NCBI GenBank assembly: GCA_050014415.1
Contig: JBEKDJ010000001.1
Location: 1-59,940 of the forward strand
DNA: 59,940 nt
Source: Thermodesulfobacteriota bacterium
GTDB taxonomy: Bacteria; Desulfobacterota; BSN033; UBA1163
Direction of reading: 5' to 3'
A model generated the notes under the pieces. It saw only the letters and a program-made list of their open reading frames with translations. It ran no database searches and was not told where the DNA came from. Positions 58,785 to 59,940 of the stretch are shown in pieces. Position 1 is the first letter of the stretch. Each line of letters begins with the position of its first letter. The position numbers and the translations under genes were made by a program.

Positions 58785-59940
58785 ATGGAAGCCGACGTCG
58801 TGGTGATTGGTTCGGGTGCTGCCGGGATGGCTGCGGGATTAACCGCTGCAGAAGGAGGCGCGAAGGTCATTCTTTTTGAGAAGATGCGCCACCACGGTGG
58901 GACTTCTAATTTTGCTCAAGGATTGTTTGCCGTTGAAAGTGACATGCAGCGGCAGAAGTACATCGGTATTACATGTGATGAAGCGTTCAAGACAGCCATG
59001 GACTACAGCCACTGGCGTGCTAACCCCCTTCTGGTGAGAGCCGTCATCGATAAATCTGCCGACACGATTAAATGGCTACAGAAACAAGGGGTTGAATTCG
59101 TCGAGCCTGTGACCATGTTCTATAACGCCCCTCGAACCTGGCATATACTAAAAGGTAAACCCAGGGCCGGAGGTAGAGGCTCGGCTATGATTAAGGTTCT
59201 TGCGGCAAGGGCAAAGGAGAGGGGAGCCGATCTAAGGCTGGCCATGCCAATAAGGAAGATCATCAAAGAGGGTGGCAAGATCATCGGCGTCATTGCTGAA
59301 AAAAGCGGCAAAACCATAAGGGTGAACGGGAAGGCCGTCATTATCGCCACTGGGGGGTATGCCAACAACAAAGAATGGGTGAAAAAATACTCTGGATTTG
59401 ATCTGGACATTAATCTTTTCCCCCTAGGGAATATCAACAAGATGGGAGATGGTATTCGTTTGGCCTGGGAGGTTGGAGCCGCTGAAGAAGGGATGGGTAT
59501 TCTGCAGCTTTGGAGGAGCATATTGATTGGGCAGGGAGTCAGGGAACTGGGAAACCTTAATGCGGCGGCCCTCCAGCCCCACCTCTGGGTGAATCAGCGT
59601 GGAGAACGTTTCTGTGACGAGACGATCGCAAACATCGATCCCTTTGAAGGTAATGCGTGTGCCAGACAAAAGAATGGCTATAGCTATACGATATTTGACG
59701 AAGCCATCAGGCGGCACATGATGGAAAAAGGGATTGACAAGAATATGGGAACCGAAAATCCTCCTGGCACCCCACTTGTCAATTTTGATGCTGAGCTCAA
59801 AGGTGCGCTCGAAAAGAGAAATCCCCACATATTCTCGGCGGATTCTGTGGATGAGCTGGCCGGTAAGATAGGGGCAAACCCGACCGTTCTGAAGGCCACC
59901 GTTAAAGAATATAACCGATTCTGTGAAAAGGGCCATGATG
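58785..59940 (+). CDS. soluble FAD_binding_2 flavoprotein, paralogue 3 (3'-partial, runs off the window)
   Basis: Absent from the ORF track because it has no stop in the window. ATG 58785 follows GGGAGG. My own translation reads MEADVVVIGSGAAGMAAGLTAAEGGAKVILFEK...GGYANNKEWVKKY...EYNRFCEKGHD, collinear with the other two paralogues. Confidence 0.85.
   Translation, partial: MEADVVVIGSGAAGMAAGLTAAEGGAKVILFEKMRHHGGTSNFAQGLFAVESDMQRQKYIGITCDEAFKTAMDYSHWRANPLLVRAVIDKSADTIKWLQKQGVEFVEPVTMFYNAPRTWHILKGKPRAGGRGSAMIKVLAARAKERGADLRLAMPIRKIIKEGGKIIGVIAEKSGKTIRVNGKAVIIATGGYANNKEWVKKYSGFDLDINLFPLGNINKMGDGIRLAWEVGAAEEGMGILQLWRSILIGQGVRELGNLNAAALQPHLWVNQRGERFCDETIANIDPFEGNACARQKNGYSYTIFDEAIRRHMMEKGIDKNMGTENPPGTPLVNFDAELKGALEKRNPHIFSADSVDELAGKIGANPTVLKATVKEYNRFCEKGHD

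Overview
The window is bacterial, about 50% GC by eye. I found no rRNA, tRNA or CRISPR array. It splits into two parts.

(1) 1-26.1 kb is a densely packed housekeeping region. It contains rpmB, a RelA/SpoT-type (p)ppGpp enzyme, a five-gene HlyD plus ABC-2 exporter operon, an EndoIII-like glycosylase, a TtcA-like PP-loop ATPase, an MBL hydrolase, rtcA, a long-form hflX, guaB, two unusual membrane proteins, guaA, dnaE and mutL. Almost every intergenic gap over 100 bp here holds one of two repeat families. One is an AT-rich palindromic element built on TTTGACATTTG. The other is a GC-rich array of short hairpins of the kind that yields spurious 'IPAFAGMT' ORFs.

(2) 26.1-59.9 kb is a repeat-free accessory catabolic/redox island with no regulator gene in the window. 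It encodes:
- five family III (CaiB/BaiF) CoA-transferase paralogues, one lacking the catalytic Asp
- a fused family I CoA-transferase-like protein whose SENG glutamate is replaced by Gly
- a complete glutamate-mutase-like B12 set (GlmE, GlmS and GlmL homologues) with no methylaspartase
- a single-Glu crotonase, an MmgE/PrpD protein and two SDRs
- three paralogous soluble FrdA/KstD-like flavoproteins interleaved with a NuoF-like protein and a [2Fe-2S]/[4Fe-4S]/GltD-like fusion (a Bfu/Stn-like module)
- a 2-enoate-reductase-type OYE, MFS and MATE transporters, and a DUF169 protein

The island also carries two decayed genes: an ICL/PEP-mutase fragment and an internally deleted OYE.

The best candidate for an undescribed system is this island. 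I read it as a mutase plus CoA-transferase plus flavoprotein/NAD(P)H-module pathway, probably acting on branched or linear C5-type dicarboxylates or enoates. That substrate assignment is inference only.

All calls rest on reading the ORF translations and the DNA by eye. No searches were run. The organism is unknown; the gene content and repeats suggest an anaerobe of the Desulfobacterota or Nitrospirota kind, which is speculation.
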